NCBI GenBank assembly: GCA_905178155.1
Contig: CAJINV010000004.1
Location: 9,096,300 to 9,160,299 of the forward strand
Source: Amoebophrya sp. A120
Lineage: Eukaryota > Protista > Dinoflagellata
Length of the DNA stretch: 64,000 nt
Reading direction: 5' to 3'
Shown here: one piece after another, positions 38,201-50,728 of the stretch
How positions within the stretch are numbered: position 1 is the stretch's first letter
Layout: each line of letters starts with the position of its first letter
Position numbers and translations under genes: made by a program
Notes under the pieces: model-generated
What the model was told of the DNA's origin: nothing
Databases searched by the model: none
The model's input: the letters and a program-made list of their open reading frames with translations, nothing else

Positions 38201-41200
38201 CGGAAACGAATTCAAAAATCGAGTTCTAGCCGCGGTGAAAAATACTCCAAAATTATTGTCTCCGAAAGTTTTACTCTCCGACGACAGTCTGCTAATTTCC
38301 TACCTGTCCCACGTGATGCAACGGGAAAAGTTTTTGCGGATTGTCGCCTCGTGGATCCACGACTTGCGGTACTTGTGGGACTTTCTGGAGCAAAAACTGG
38401 AAGCGGAAATCCATGTGTCGACCGATAGCAACGCGATAGAGAAGTCGAGGATCACGAAACGGCAGGAGGACTGGCGGGTGGAGTCCATGAATTTGCTTTA
38501 CAGTGAACCCACCGGCGGGTTCCCCGTGCCCTTTCCCATCGGGGAAACGACGTTGATGAACTTACGCGCGGGCGGGGAGGCGAGGAAGTCGCAGATGAAA
38601 GAATACTATCAACTCCAAATATGTCTGGGTCTGGAAGATTGCCAGGTTTGTCATGCATATTTCGCATGACCCATCATGCGCATGCCTGTAGGGCATGACT
38701 TAGCATCACAGATTTTTGGAAGGCTTCCTGATGCCTATTCCGCATGAAAAATGCCCTCTCTGCGCAACACAATCTGGGCTCCTCTTGCTGGTCATGCAAT
38801 ACAGATTTTTTTAGAATCGAAAGACAGCATGATAAATTTGGATCCTTCCAGACCCAGACATATTTGCAATGCATAAATACAACCTAGCCTCCGTGTTTTT
38901 CCAGCACGTGAAGGGCGCTTTTGACACCCATTTCGAGAACCTCTGGTTCCCGGTCGGCGGGACGCACATTGGGTTGCTCAGGTACGGGTCGCTGCAGGGG
39001 TTTCACGCGAACTCGAGGATGGACATCCCGGACGCGGACATTGACCTAGTGGTGTTGCTGGACGAAAATCCGTTGTTGGACGAGCAAGCGGCGGAATACG
39101 ATAAACTCCGGGTGGAATTGGCGAAATTAACAGAGGAAATCCGGTTGGAAACGACGAAAAACGCCAAGTGCAAAACGGTCTTCGCGATGGAGCATTACAA
39201 ACCGATTCAATTTGTTGGTGCGACTGAACAAAGAACTGGATCCTCGTCAACGTCTACGTCATCGTCATGTGGGGCAAGTGAGGAGTTCGAGGAGAAGAGA
39301 CGGACGTATGAGGAGGTCAAGCGGAAAATTGCAGTGTTGACGGGAAAGATGGCAACATCATCCGATACAATTCTGACAAGCGCAACAGAAATTCACAAGA
39401 ACATCCACAACGTGCAGTGGCGCGCCATCTACGGTATCCAGTTCGATGAATACGCCAAGTACCAGGAAACGAACACTACTTCTGTGACGGAGATTTTGAA
39501 GAAAAGGCACCGAAAAGTCACCAATTACCATGCGTACGCGGCGAACCGGGTGTACCTTCTCACAGAGGAACTTGCGAAGCAGTACGGGTGGGCGGGGTGT
39601 CGGATGGGGGACCAGAAGTTAACCTGTTACCAACGGGCGTTTGGGATTTTGGATGAGGTCAACTTCTACGTGGAGGTGGCGTTTTTGAAGCCCATGCGGA
39701 TTTTTGTACCTAGTACGAGCAGTGCAACGTCACAGAAGGTACAAGAAACAGCGGCTGCAGGTGCTGTAGCTACTACTACAACAGCACCCGTAGTGTACCA
39801 GCAGCTTCCACGAACAGCAGCGTTTATTTCCCCGACTTCAACAAGCGAAATGGTAGACCAGGGCCGCCTAATCTACACCCACTGCGACTACTTCAACGTG
39901 GCATCGGATCACGACGGGAAGTTGACCCCCCATAGCTACGAATTGCTGACGGAAATCTACTTCCCAGAGTCCTTCTACCCGGTGAAGCCCTGCGCTTATC
40001 CTGTGCAAAAGTATCGGACTCGTATTGCAATCATGCATTACAAATCCTGTTCTTAGGGTAAATCCGCATTACAAATTTCATTTCTCATGCTGAGGAAATT
40101 TGTAATGCATTTATACGAATGCGATACTTTTGCAAAGCATAGCACCGCGTGGTCGACGATGATCAACTGCCCCGCAACGTTTGACTTGCTTGCGGAATAC
40201 GATTTGCCCTATAAGAAGAAGGAGGCGGTGAAATTTACGGAATTTGCAGCAATAGGGACGATGGGGGACTCTTTGGAGTATTTCACAATTCACGAAACCA
40301 TCTCCGCGCGGCACAGTCGGGGGGACACACCTTACCCCTTACCGGGGATAACTCGGCAGTCTGTTTTTGCAAAATTAGCGGATGAGGCAGAGAAAGAACC
40401 GGACCGGGAAAAGAGGAAAACGACCCTCGATCAGCTCTCCGCCGATGTTCTCGCGGCGTCGCAAACGGGGGATATCACTGCGATAGACCACCCAGCGGCG
40501 GTTGTGACCGGGCCGGCAGCTGTGACAGGAGTTGGGGCGCCGTGCGGGTTTGTCGGGAACTCTGTGAAGACGACGTCGTCGTTGTCACCCGCCGGAGCAA
40601 GAGCGGGTGATCCACCACCTCCTACGACTTGCGATCGCGTCCACGTGGTTTCTTCTTCAAGCTATTTGAAACCGACGGTGTTCGATAAAGGTGAGTACGA
40701 AAATTTCGGGGCGCAGAAAAAACCCGCACTGCATCTGATCACTGCGGGGAATCAGAAAGCGTTGCAAGAGCTAGTAGCGAAGTACTTTGGGGTTCTTTCT
40801 GCTGCAACGAATAGTACGAAAGGGCTTGTTGATCCAGGAAGCGGGGGCGGCCTCGAGATTATACCAGATGCAGTCACCTGTCCGATCAACGACACCACAA
40901 CCACGGCTACCCCTGCTGCTCATGTGGTGACGCAATGTAGTGCTGGTGCGAAAATTATGGACAGCGACAGTGACCAAGCAACGAAAACCCGAGGACCAGT
41001 GGAGACGAAAATCGAGCAAGTGCATAGTCTGATCAAAGAGAAATATAGCGCGACATCGCGCAATTACGAGCAGTATTTCCTGGAAGAAATTGTGACGCCG
41101 CAAGTGCAGAAGAGAGACGCAAAGCAGAAACTCATCCGAGAAGCGACTGGGATTAAAACTAAAAGCACAGGTGCTGTCGTGACAAGAAGCCCGCCAAGCG

Positions 41201-42642
41201 CATCAACGAACCCAGGTGCTGAATCTACTGCGCAAAAAGAATCTTCCGCAGAGTTGTGGAAAAACAGTTTTGGCACCCAGATTACGTTCCGTTTCTGTCA
41301 CGAGACGGTAAGGAGGAAGGCGAATGAAGTCGGAGAGATACCCTGCGTGGTGATTCACGTGTGTCTGGAATGGTTATCGAAGCATAAGTTTGTGAAGGAA
41401 AAGGTTTCGGACATTTTTCCCGTCGCGCACACAAACAGCGATATTGCGCCAACACCAACAGCTGCAAATGACCCTTCGTCATCGTCACCTGAAATACACG
41501 AAACAATATCCCGTGAGCAGCACACCATTCGCAGCAAGCTCCACACTTCGGACACTTCCGACGTCGGCCAAAGTGAAGATTTGGAGTTTTGGCTCCTCGA
41601 ACAGGAACGGAACATCGGGGAACTGCGGAAAAAAGAATCTCTGTGGCTGTCGAAGTTCGAATTCGACCACTACAAGAAGACCATGCTCAGCGTTTGTGGC
41701 GGTGTTGGTCCGATTTTGCTCGAGCAGTTAATGCCACTAGAGATTGTGATGCTGTTGAGCTATTACCCGGTAAACGCGAACAAGTACGCGTTTTTTGCCT
41801 CTTTGATAAGGCAACACCCGATCAACAGCCGGAATTACTTCACAAACGAACTGGTGGGGTTGTTCGCGGACATCATGATATCGCCCGAATCCTTCGCAGC
41901 GCAGGTAGAAAACAAGACGAAAATCGGAGTACCAAGAGGCATCGACTCGGTCTTACTCGATTTGTACTTTGACGCGGCGATGGAAAATTTCTACGAATTT
42001 GAAGTGCCTCGAGGGCCGGTTGGATCGGGGATAGGGATTGTGAACGCCGTCGAACAAGTAGCGTCGGGAGCAGGGCAAGAACACGTGAATGTCACAGTAA
42101 AAACCGCATCGGGTGCAGCGCTACCGTCGCTTCTCGACGTAGTTGCTCCTACCGCTCCAGTGAATAGAACACAGCCACCAATGGAAGAACAGGCGAGACT
42201 TCTGAACTGGACCTCTCTCATCCAGGTAACGAGGAAGAAGAAGGCACTGGTCAGGCACATTCTTTTGGAGAGGAACAGCGAGATGAGAACTGCACAGCTG
42301 CTAGATAGGGATGAACAACACGAGAATAAAGCTGCAAAGAATAAACCACCATGGTCCTCAACCACCATCCCCTTCTCCAGCGGTCTCTGCCTCGGCATTG
42401 CAGACTGTTTTGTCCGGAGAAAACACCAACTCGATTCGGAGACGACGCAGTGTCAGGAAGACCGGCACTTCGTGTTCCACCACCCCGCGAGCAAAAAGTT
42501 TTTGCAAACCACCATGAACCTACAGGACTTGCTGACTTTGCTAAAGTACAACATTGCGCTGAACCTGAAGGGGGCCGCGAGTCACGACCTGGGACTCTGC
42601 GACCCGCGGTACTACGTCAGGCCGCAGGGGGCGAGTTTGTGA
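35241..42642 (+). CDS. Large (~2240 aa) putatively secreted protein with a LicD/fukutin-like nucleotidyltransferase motif; 3 introners
   Basis: Four ORFs join in frame (VLD|IKKDE, KEY|NLAS, VKPC|TAWS); motif WFPVGGTHIGLLRYG..IPDADIDLVV; hydrophobic N-terminus. Confidence 0.75.
37753..38017. mobile_element. Family-A TIR introner
   Basis: TATCAACTAGTAAAATGTCTGGGTCTGG...CATTTTTACATTTGATA; TSD GGACA. Confidence 0.9.
38607..38875. mobile_element. Family-A TIR introner, opposite orientation to 7209-7470
   Basis: TATCAACTCCAAATATGTCTGGG...CATATTTGCAATGCATA; TSD AATAC. Confidence 0.9.
39997..40141. mobile_element. Family-C TIR introner, opposite orientation to 20708-20853
   Basis: TATCCTGTGCAAAAGTATCG...CGATACTTTTGCAAAGCATA; TSD GCGCT/GCACC. 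Confidence 0.87.
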
Positions 42643-44948
42643 CACTAATGTGGAGAACATGAAAATCATATTGCATCTACTTACTTACTTAAAAAGACGA
42701 GCAGAGCTACGATCATGAGAAAGTTGGTTTCCGTACTCGTGAATTCTAATACGCAACGCAACGAGCAGCCTAATCGTGCTCATTCGCATCAAAAGAAGCA
42801 TTGACACAGACGCCTGAGTTTCGCTTTGCAGCGTGCTTCTCCTGGTAGATTGATAACGTCCTGTGTTCCTTGGTACATCCGCAAAAACCCACTTACTTTA
42901 CCACTACCCTACAGAAGGTAGTCGCGCGGCATTGCAGACCTGAAAAGTGCTTAGCGTCATTAGACCCCTCGGGAGAACGTGCGAAACCTGCGGGGGCCGG
43001 CAGATAAGCTTCGGCGTGCCTGGTTTCGTGGCGCAGTGTTCCCCCCAACACTGCCAAAGCCTAAGAATAGCCAAAGTGCCCAGCCGTGCGCAGTGCCTCG
43101 GCGGCCGGAGTCGGATTTTGGGCCGTGTGTTGGTGGTTGCTTGGCGGGCCCGCATAACGACACCGCCGAGGACGCCGGGCGGGAGGGCGGGGCGCGGGCG
43201 GGTTTGTGAGCATCCAAGGGGGTGGCGACAAGGCGGCGGCGCGTCCACATGCACACTCGCCGCGCGGGCCATGGCAAATAAATGGCGCGCGCGATGGCGA
43301 TACGCCGGGCCGGGCGCCGCCGCCGGAATGTTGCGAAAAGAATGGGCCCGGAAGGGTGCGGCGGGTGACTTACGAAAAAGCGGGACCGGGACCAGAAGCC
43401 GGGCGCGCGGGCCCGCGGCGCGGCGGATTTTTTATTTTCTTCTGTCGGGGACCGACCTCGCCCGGCCGCTAGGTCGCCGGGCCTCCTTTGCCGCCCGCGC
43501 GCGCCTGCCAGGCGCCCGCAAGTGTCGCCGAGCGGCGCGCGCAAGCGTTGGCGAGCGAGGCCGGGCGCCAGGATGAAGGACGAGGGTGGGGGGGCGGCTG
43601 CCTGCGGACCTGTTCACGATGTTCGCCATCTCAAGGGAGAGGCGGGCCCCGCTTCCTTTGAGGGGAAGAGGAGGGCCTCGCCCTTTGCGGGAAGGCAGAG
43701 TGGGTCAACTCTATCCGGAACGCCTTCCGGGAATCGTTCCCGGCGAGGTCCGTGCGGGACGAGGAGGAAGTGGGCAGCCTGGTGCGTGAAGAGGACACGG
43801 CCCGGCGATGATCTGCCGCCCAGCCTTGGCCCGCCTGCTGGTTTTGTGGCTCGCTGGCGTGCTCGCCCCCCTCTACCAAGGAAGGGCCCGGGCGGGCCCG
43901 CTTGCTCGTATTGTTGTCCCGCTGGCTCTTCTTCGGATTGGGGCCATTGGGAGGAACCGTTGGGCGGCCGCCGGAAGCAGGCGCGCGCCTGCGCGCCGCG
44001 TGGGGCTTGGGTGCGTTGCCAGAGCATGTAGCCGCGCGTGGGCGCTGCCTCGCCTGCTGGCTAGGTAGCTAGGTAAGTACGCACGCCGGCGCCATCGATC
44101 CGACCGGGGCTTGCTGGCGCGGTGTGGCGCCGTCCTTGGCCGTCTTGCTCGCTTGCTTCATACATCCTCCCCGCCTGCCCTCCGCCTTGCCTCCTTTCTT
44201 AGCCGGCGAGGGCAGGAGACAGAGGGTTGCCAGCGGGTGTGGGCCTGCAGCCAGGATTTGCTCAACTTATTGGAGCTGCAAGCCCAGCGTGGGCGACAAT
44301 GTTCTTTCTCAGGAAGAAATACGCACGATAGAGCAAGGGCAAGCGCCCGCACACAGAAGAAGCATCTATGTCTGGTGAGTTCCGCTCGGGCGCTTCTTTA
44401 GGGGTCGCTTGGGAGATGTTCCTCGCAACGCCCGCAAATCGCTACTCCCAGTATTGGTTTGTCAAGATCTTGTTGCACGACCATTGCAATTGTGTCAACC
44501 GTTGATACAGATCTCAAGAGCCTGATCTGCGATTCATACAGCTCTGGAAGCGTTTGCCTGATGTTTTTCGAAGCTTTTGGCTTTGATTACTTATGCAGCA
44601 GTGCCTCCTTCTTGAATGATGTTGGTCCTGGAGGTTCGATTGTGGGTACGAGGCAGGCACACATAAATGGTCCAAAAGTTGTTTTTTAAGTTTAGCTTTC
44701 TACGCGCTCCTTGGTTTGCAGTCCTGGATCCGGTTCGGTATCTTTTAGTGCTACATGTACAGTAGAAGACACCTCCGACGAGAATACTATATTTGTACCT
44801 AGAACATATGCACGAGGCCACTCTTGGTTTTTGAAACTCCCCGTCCATTCGTTTGTATTGTACTTCATTTTGCAGCAGTACACCACAATATTATTGGCAC
44901 TGCGCTAAATCATCTAAAAGAACCCAGCCAGCAAGCATCTTCACGAAG

Positions 44949-46139
44949 ATGACGGACGACGCTGCGGCCAACCTGGATGAGCAGACCCAGAAGCAGATGG
45001 AAGAGCTGCGAAATGAGGCAAAGCAAGCACCGGGGGTCGGTAAACTGGAATCTTTGCAAGACTTTGCAAACGCGGAGTTCGGTTTGGAACAAACGGGCCC
45101 CTCCGCCGCGACGGCAGGAACAAGCAGTTCCAGCGGTTCACAGAACACTTTTTACAAGAAAACCATGACGTTGACCAAGCAGTTTTCCCGACTCCGCAAG
45201 TGCCGCCGGGACGGGAACTGCTTCTACCGGAGCTACCTATTCGGTATGATGGCGGAGATGTGCAAGAATGTGGGGTTTAGGAAGCACATCAAGGCGATTC
45301 TCGCGCAGAGCTTGAGCTACTGCGAGAGCGCGGGGTACGACAAATTCGCACTGGAGGAGATGCACGAGGAAGTCACGGAAAGTACAATATCACTATGATT
45401 TACATTTACTATGCTTGTTGAGATGTACTCGTAGCAGTTAGGCTCTCATACGGAATTTTCATTCCCAACCATTAACATTCTCCTGTTGCGCCTCTGTGCA
45501 ACAAGATTTCACAGTCTAATGCGGTGATGAAATCAAGTTGCAAACTCGATACCAGTTGTCGACAACCTTTTCCCGGACGATCAGACAGGGGAACTCGACA
45601 TCAGCAAAGTAGAACAACTCTTCCAGTCTGACGACCTCAATTACCCCATCTGCTTCGCGCGGTGCCTCACCAGCAGCTTCATGAAGCACAACAAGGACGA
45701 CTTCCTACCGTTTTTGACGACGCACGACACCGTGGAAGCCTTCTGCATGAGCGAGGTATACTTACTACTGCATCAAGGGGGTAGGCTTGTGCTTGAGATT
45801 CCTGTTTGTTGCGCTAGCGCGTAACTTTTTTTACAAAAATGTGAATACTTCTGTAGGGTAGCTTCCTGGTGGTCGTGTCAAGGCTCCATGGGTCGTGACA
45901 CAAATGTAAAACAGGTCGACCCCTTGTGGAAGGAGGCAGACCAGCTGCAGATACAAGCGCTCGCGAGCTACTTCAAAATCCCCATTCGGATATTTTACCT
46001 GGACCAGAGCGAGGGAGATGCCTGCACCGTGCACGAGATGCTGTTCAACGAGAGCGGGGGCGGTGGAGAAGAGGACAGTCCGACCGCGGTAATCAACTTC
46101 TTGTACCGACCAGGACACTACGAACTGTTGTATGTGTGA
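44949..46139 (+). CDS. Otubain-family deubiquitinase (OTUB1-like); GT-AG introns 45382-45555 and 45756-45914
   Basis: Catalytic motifs RRDGNCFYRS and LYRPGHYELLY; spliced frame VTE|IVDNL..FCMSE|VDPLWKEADQLQI. Confidence 0.92.
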
Positions 46140-48411
46140 ACAGCCAATTTTTCGCGGTCCGGCGGGTAATCCGATTTCAGCTTTGAAGAGGCGAGCGGAA
46201 GCGGGTCAGTTGGTAACGGGACAAATACGGAACTTAGCCGGAAGTTGCAGAGGAGGAATTGCGAATGGAAACTCTATGTGCAGCTGTCGAAAGTATAGCT
46301 TCAACCTGTCGTCGTGCCGGGCACACACGTGTCGTGTCGTACCTGCTCACCATCTGCGCTCGCACAATAGCTCAAAATATGATGGAACTGCTCATATTAT
46401 CCCGCACATGGAAAGATGAATTTCAAATTTCTAGGCAGCCGTACATCAAGCGACCACGAGTATTTTCCACATCAGGCCCGAGAAATGATTCTGCGTATAA
46501 CATCAATGTGATTTCTTGATGACTCTGACTTTCACTGCGTCCGCTTGACGAGGCGCCCTAGTTTGTTGAAAGCACAGCTAGTGCTTTTTTTGAATGATGT
46601 GTTCGGACTCCAGAAAAACAGGACGTAATGTGCTCGGATGCGGTGCAGTGGTTCTCTGGCCGCTAGTGGAGAACTGACGCGAGGCCTTGCGATGGGTCCG
46701 CGCTTTTTTTGCTTCGAGTGGCGTAAATGAAAACCCGAACGGCCCCGATGCAAAACAGAGCCCCCCGGGCGAGCGCGGTCCACCCGGCCCGTATGGGCCG
46801 GCTCTTTGTTTGTGTCATTGCCCAGGCAGTGCAGCCATGCGCGCGCGGCAGCTTGGCGGCGGCCGAGCGGAAGGAACGCCCGCCGGCGCCCTATCGCGCA
46901 GGGGGGTGGGGGTTGCGCGGCAATTGTATCAGCCCCCCCGACCTCGGGCCGTATTTGCTTCCCCGCCCGCAGGCCCGCCGGGGGCCTTTGGGCGCTCGGT
47001 GGGACGGCGGACCGCAGCGCGCCCGGCATTTCATTGCAGGGGCCCGCGTTCTCGAGCGATGGCGCCAGGGGAACGCGCCCCCGCCTTGCTTCCGGATGAT
47101 GTAGGCGCGCAGGCGCCCAGGTGTTTCCGAGGCCGGGACGCGCGCGCGGCCGGGCGGCGCCGGCTCTTGTCGGTCCGCCCGATGCCTCGTCTGCGCCCTC
47201 ATGTTGCAGAGCTGCGGCGCGCGGCGAAGACCGTCCGGGGGATGGTCTGGGACGCAGCCCGGCCCGGGCGAGGTGCGTCTCAGCTTCGCGGAGGCCGGCC
47301 GGGCCGCCCCCGCCAGCGCGGCCGGCCGGGCGGCCGGGCGCCCGCGCGTGCGATTCGGAAGGGGGCAGCGTGCTCCTCTTCGAACTCCAAGTCGTCCGTC
47401 GGTCCGGCGGCGCGGTCGGACTGTTGCTCGAGCGCGCGCATGGCGCCAAGTCGGCTGCGGGGCGAACTTTTTTCCCATTGGGCCGCTGCCGTTTCCGTTT
47501 CTTTGTTTCTTGGCCCCGCGCCCTGGCGCTGTTCGCAGCGCTTTCCTTTTCCGGGTGTGCCCGCTCTTCGTTGTCGTGGGTCGGGCCGGCCCGCCTGGCC
47601 GTACGCAGGCAGCGCCAGCGGGGAGCCCCGGCCCCGGCCCCGCGCCCGCCCCTCCCCTTGCTTCGTCTTGGGGGGCGCCCCTCCTGCATCCATGTGTGGT
47701 TTGCGCAGGGGAAGGGGTTCGCTACCGCCCGGCCGCGCGCCCCGGGCGCCGCTTCGTCCCACTGATGTGTGCCCGCCGGGGTGGGCAGGCTCATTCATTG
47801 CCCTCCCCGATTGTGTGGCCGGGGGAGAGTTTTCCCAGCCTCGTTTTGGGTCTTGGGGCGCGGGCCGCCCGCGCACGCCAGAATCTATCGGAGCGCCAGG
47901 CGGGTCAGCGAAAGAACAGGCGGCCGCCGGCCCGCAACCTTCCTTCGCCTTCCTTCCTTGCCGCCGCCCGCCCGCGGCGACCCGCTGGCCTCGTAACTAA
48001 GAACGCTTCGCGCGTGTGGTGCCTTTTGCCCGGGGGCCGGCTTCGTGTGCTTTCATTTTTTAGTCCTTCGCAAGGAAGGGCTACGAGCGTAGCCACCAAC
48101 GCCCAACTAGGCACGGCGCCGATGCTGACCAGAAAGTAGGTCGTAGACGGTGTTCTTTGTGGCGCCCCCTCGGAAGGGTTGTCACGCTTGAAACCGCGCT
48201 TGCAGTTTTTTTTCTTCGGTTGAGCGCCGCTCTGTGTGTGCGTTGTAAAGAATACCAGCGCTTGTTTTTCTTATCTAAGTATATTTTTCTTCTAGATTGC
48301 GTGTGCGTATAGCCATACGCGTCGGCAGCTTCAACTTCAGTAGCTCATTTACGTTAGTCGCAGCCCATCAAACTTCATCACGACCCCACACCACTACTCC
48401 TCCGCTCCAAC

Positions 48412-49812
48412 ATGGCGATCAAGCTTTCCGCCAAGGAGGCTGCCCAGTTCGTGCAGGAGGCCCAAAAGTCCGCCTCCAAAAACTCCGCTACCCCGAACCC
48501 GTCTCCGACCGGACAGTTCTACGGGAAGTATGACTCCCTGTTCGAGACCTCCGTCTGGTCGGTCAACGAGAAGAAGTACACCCGGTACCTGCGCAAGCGC
48601 CAGGCCCGCCCCTCCGCCGCCGAGAATCCCCGGATTCTGCACATTGCGCAGGAGTACGCGGGCTTGCTGTTCGGGAAAAGCCGGGACCGGTTGAAAAAAA
48701 TCGAACAGAAATACGACGCATCAAATGCAAAAGTGTCTGGGTCTGGAAGAGCGCGCGACTTGTCACGCAGCTTTTCCATGACCCATGAGGTCTGGAATGC
48801 AGGAGCTAGCATGACAGATTCTGTGCGATCTCTCTCATGCTTATCCTGCATGAGAAACTCCCTCCAGAATTGGCCAAAACTGGACGACTTTTGGTAATCA
48901 TGCAACACAGTTTTTTGCATGCTTCAGATTTAGCATGACAAGTTGCATTCTTTCCCGACCCAGACATTTTTACATTTGATACGACGTGAAACTTGAAACG
49001 ACCGACACGGTGCTTGACCAAGCCGCGCTGGTTCTGTCCCCATCTTCCCCCCAGGACGAGATGATAACCGGCAGTGCGAAGAACAGCAAGTCCACAATTG
49101 GTGGAACGCCGGCCGCTTCCCCCGGCACCACAGCGAATTCGGTCGGGTCCCCGATGGATGTGGACGGCGAATTGAGCAACAAGAAAATCAAGGTGATCGA
49201 GTTGAAAATCGTCGGCGGGAACGACTTGGACGTGCCTCTGATCGTGCAGGAGTTTGTCTATGCGCAGGAAAACTACGACATTCCCGACTTGGGGTTTGTG
49301 CAGTCGCACCTGCAGGTGTTGAAAGACATTTCCAGGTCGACAAAGGCGAATATCACGATCGAGAAGGAGAAAATGAGTGAGAAAGAGGAAGCGGGGGAGA
49401 TGGTATCATAGGCCGGTTTCTTTGTTGTAGCATTCAACTTCAAACACAAACTCATATGGTTTAGGCTTCTTCTGCATGAGGATGAGAATATGAGAAAGCA
49501 CTTGTTCTGTACTGGGTTCTATCTTCAAATAAGTTTCTCGTGCACAATCACACCAAAAATGATCAGGTCGAGAAAGACCCCGCCCTGCTCGTTCAAAGCG
49601 GCGATATTAACCAGGCTGCGATACAACAGCAGCAAAAACCAGCCAGAAAAAGTTTCCTGCGGATTCGGGGACCGCGTCCGTGCGTGAACCTGGCGGTGGA
49701 AGCGTTGGATACCCACATGCTGTACTTCAAAATTTCCAAGGAGATGGAGGCCCAAATGCTACAGCTGAACGCATGTCGACAGGCGATGTTAGCACAAATG
49801 AACACGGTTTGA
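48412..49812 (+). CDS. KH-domain RNA-binding protein (FXR/FMR1-like); one introner and one GT-AG intron (49403-49566)
   Basis: KH-like ILHIAQEYAGLLFGKSRDRLKKIEQKYD|VKL; C-terminal IRGPRPCVNLAVEALDTHMLYFK resembles the end of FMRP KH2. Confidence 0.65.
48719..48981. mobile_element. Family-A TIR introner (CAT start variant)
   Basis: CATCAAATGCAAAAGTGTCTGGG...CATTTTTACATTTGATA; TSD CGACG. Confidence 0.9.
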
Positions 49813-50728
49813 TTGAAGAAGTTGGATTTTGGCATGACACTACTTTAAACTACTCTTCTATCTATGGTTGTGGTTCTACTGCTTCCTTCTTGAATCAACA
49901 AGAGGTACGTTTGTTTTGCGTTTTGGAATGGACACCGATAGTACGAGACTTTATGTATAACACCATGTTAAGACTTGACTCGCTTCTCCTGCGTACTTCC
50001 ATTGGTTGCGAAAGAAACGACAATTTTCAAAAAAAAACATCGGAATTTTATTTCCGTACTCTGAGGACCCAACAAGCCACCTGTTGCCATTTTTGCAACA
50101 TTGACATTCCGAGTAACAAACTTGCGGCGCAATTGTACGCACCTCTTTTTTTTGTGTTGCCAGTAATATCTCTGTTGCTGTATCGTAATTCGGCATCGGC
50201 TGGATGGAAGATGAACATCGAAGAGTGAACCTGCCAATCGACTTCGAAATCGTGAATCTGAATGATCATCATCGTTTTTATGCATCGCAGTTACAGATGA
50301 AAAATTGAATTTTCAGAACCAATGTGCAACCTCTTCGAAGTCGTCTTTATCGTATATGTCGCTCTATCACCCTTCGTAACTCGTCGATCGTCATGTTCTT
50401 CTGGTGGACGTAAAAAGTTGCCAATTTTTTATCGATGTTTCTCTACGATGATTGCCTTGGTGGTTCGTGATCGTATGTGAACATAAGTACAAAAATCCTT
50501 TCTTCACTTTCTAGGCGGGAAGGCGGACCAGTGGCTCGGAGGATATAATAAGATGTTGTCGTGCACTTAAGAGAAGTACTTGTTGACTAGCGGCGGCTAT
50601 AATTCTTATTCGGAACATAATGTTGAGCAATATCAGCAGGAGCTGCAGCAGTACCAGTAGCACTTTCTAGCGGTTGACTTCGGCACAGGTGTCAAACCCT
50701 CCTGCGAAGCAACAACAACCGCAACGAA

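Noticed and set aside
42904-48139. Long Arg/Gly/Pro/Ala-rich ORFs (up to 437 aa)
   Set aside because: Open in most frames because of GC content; no recognisable domains.
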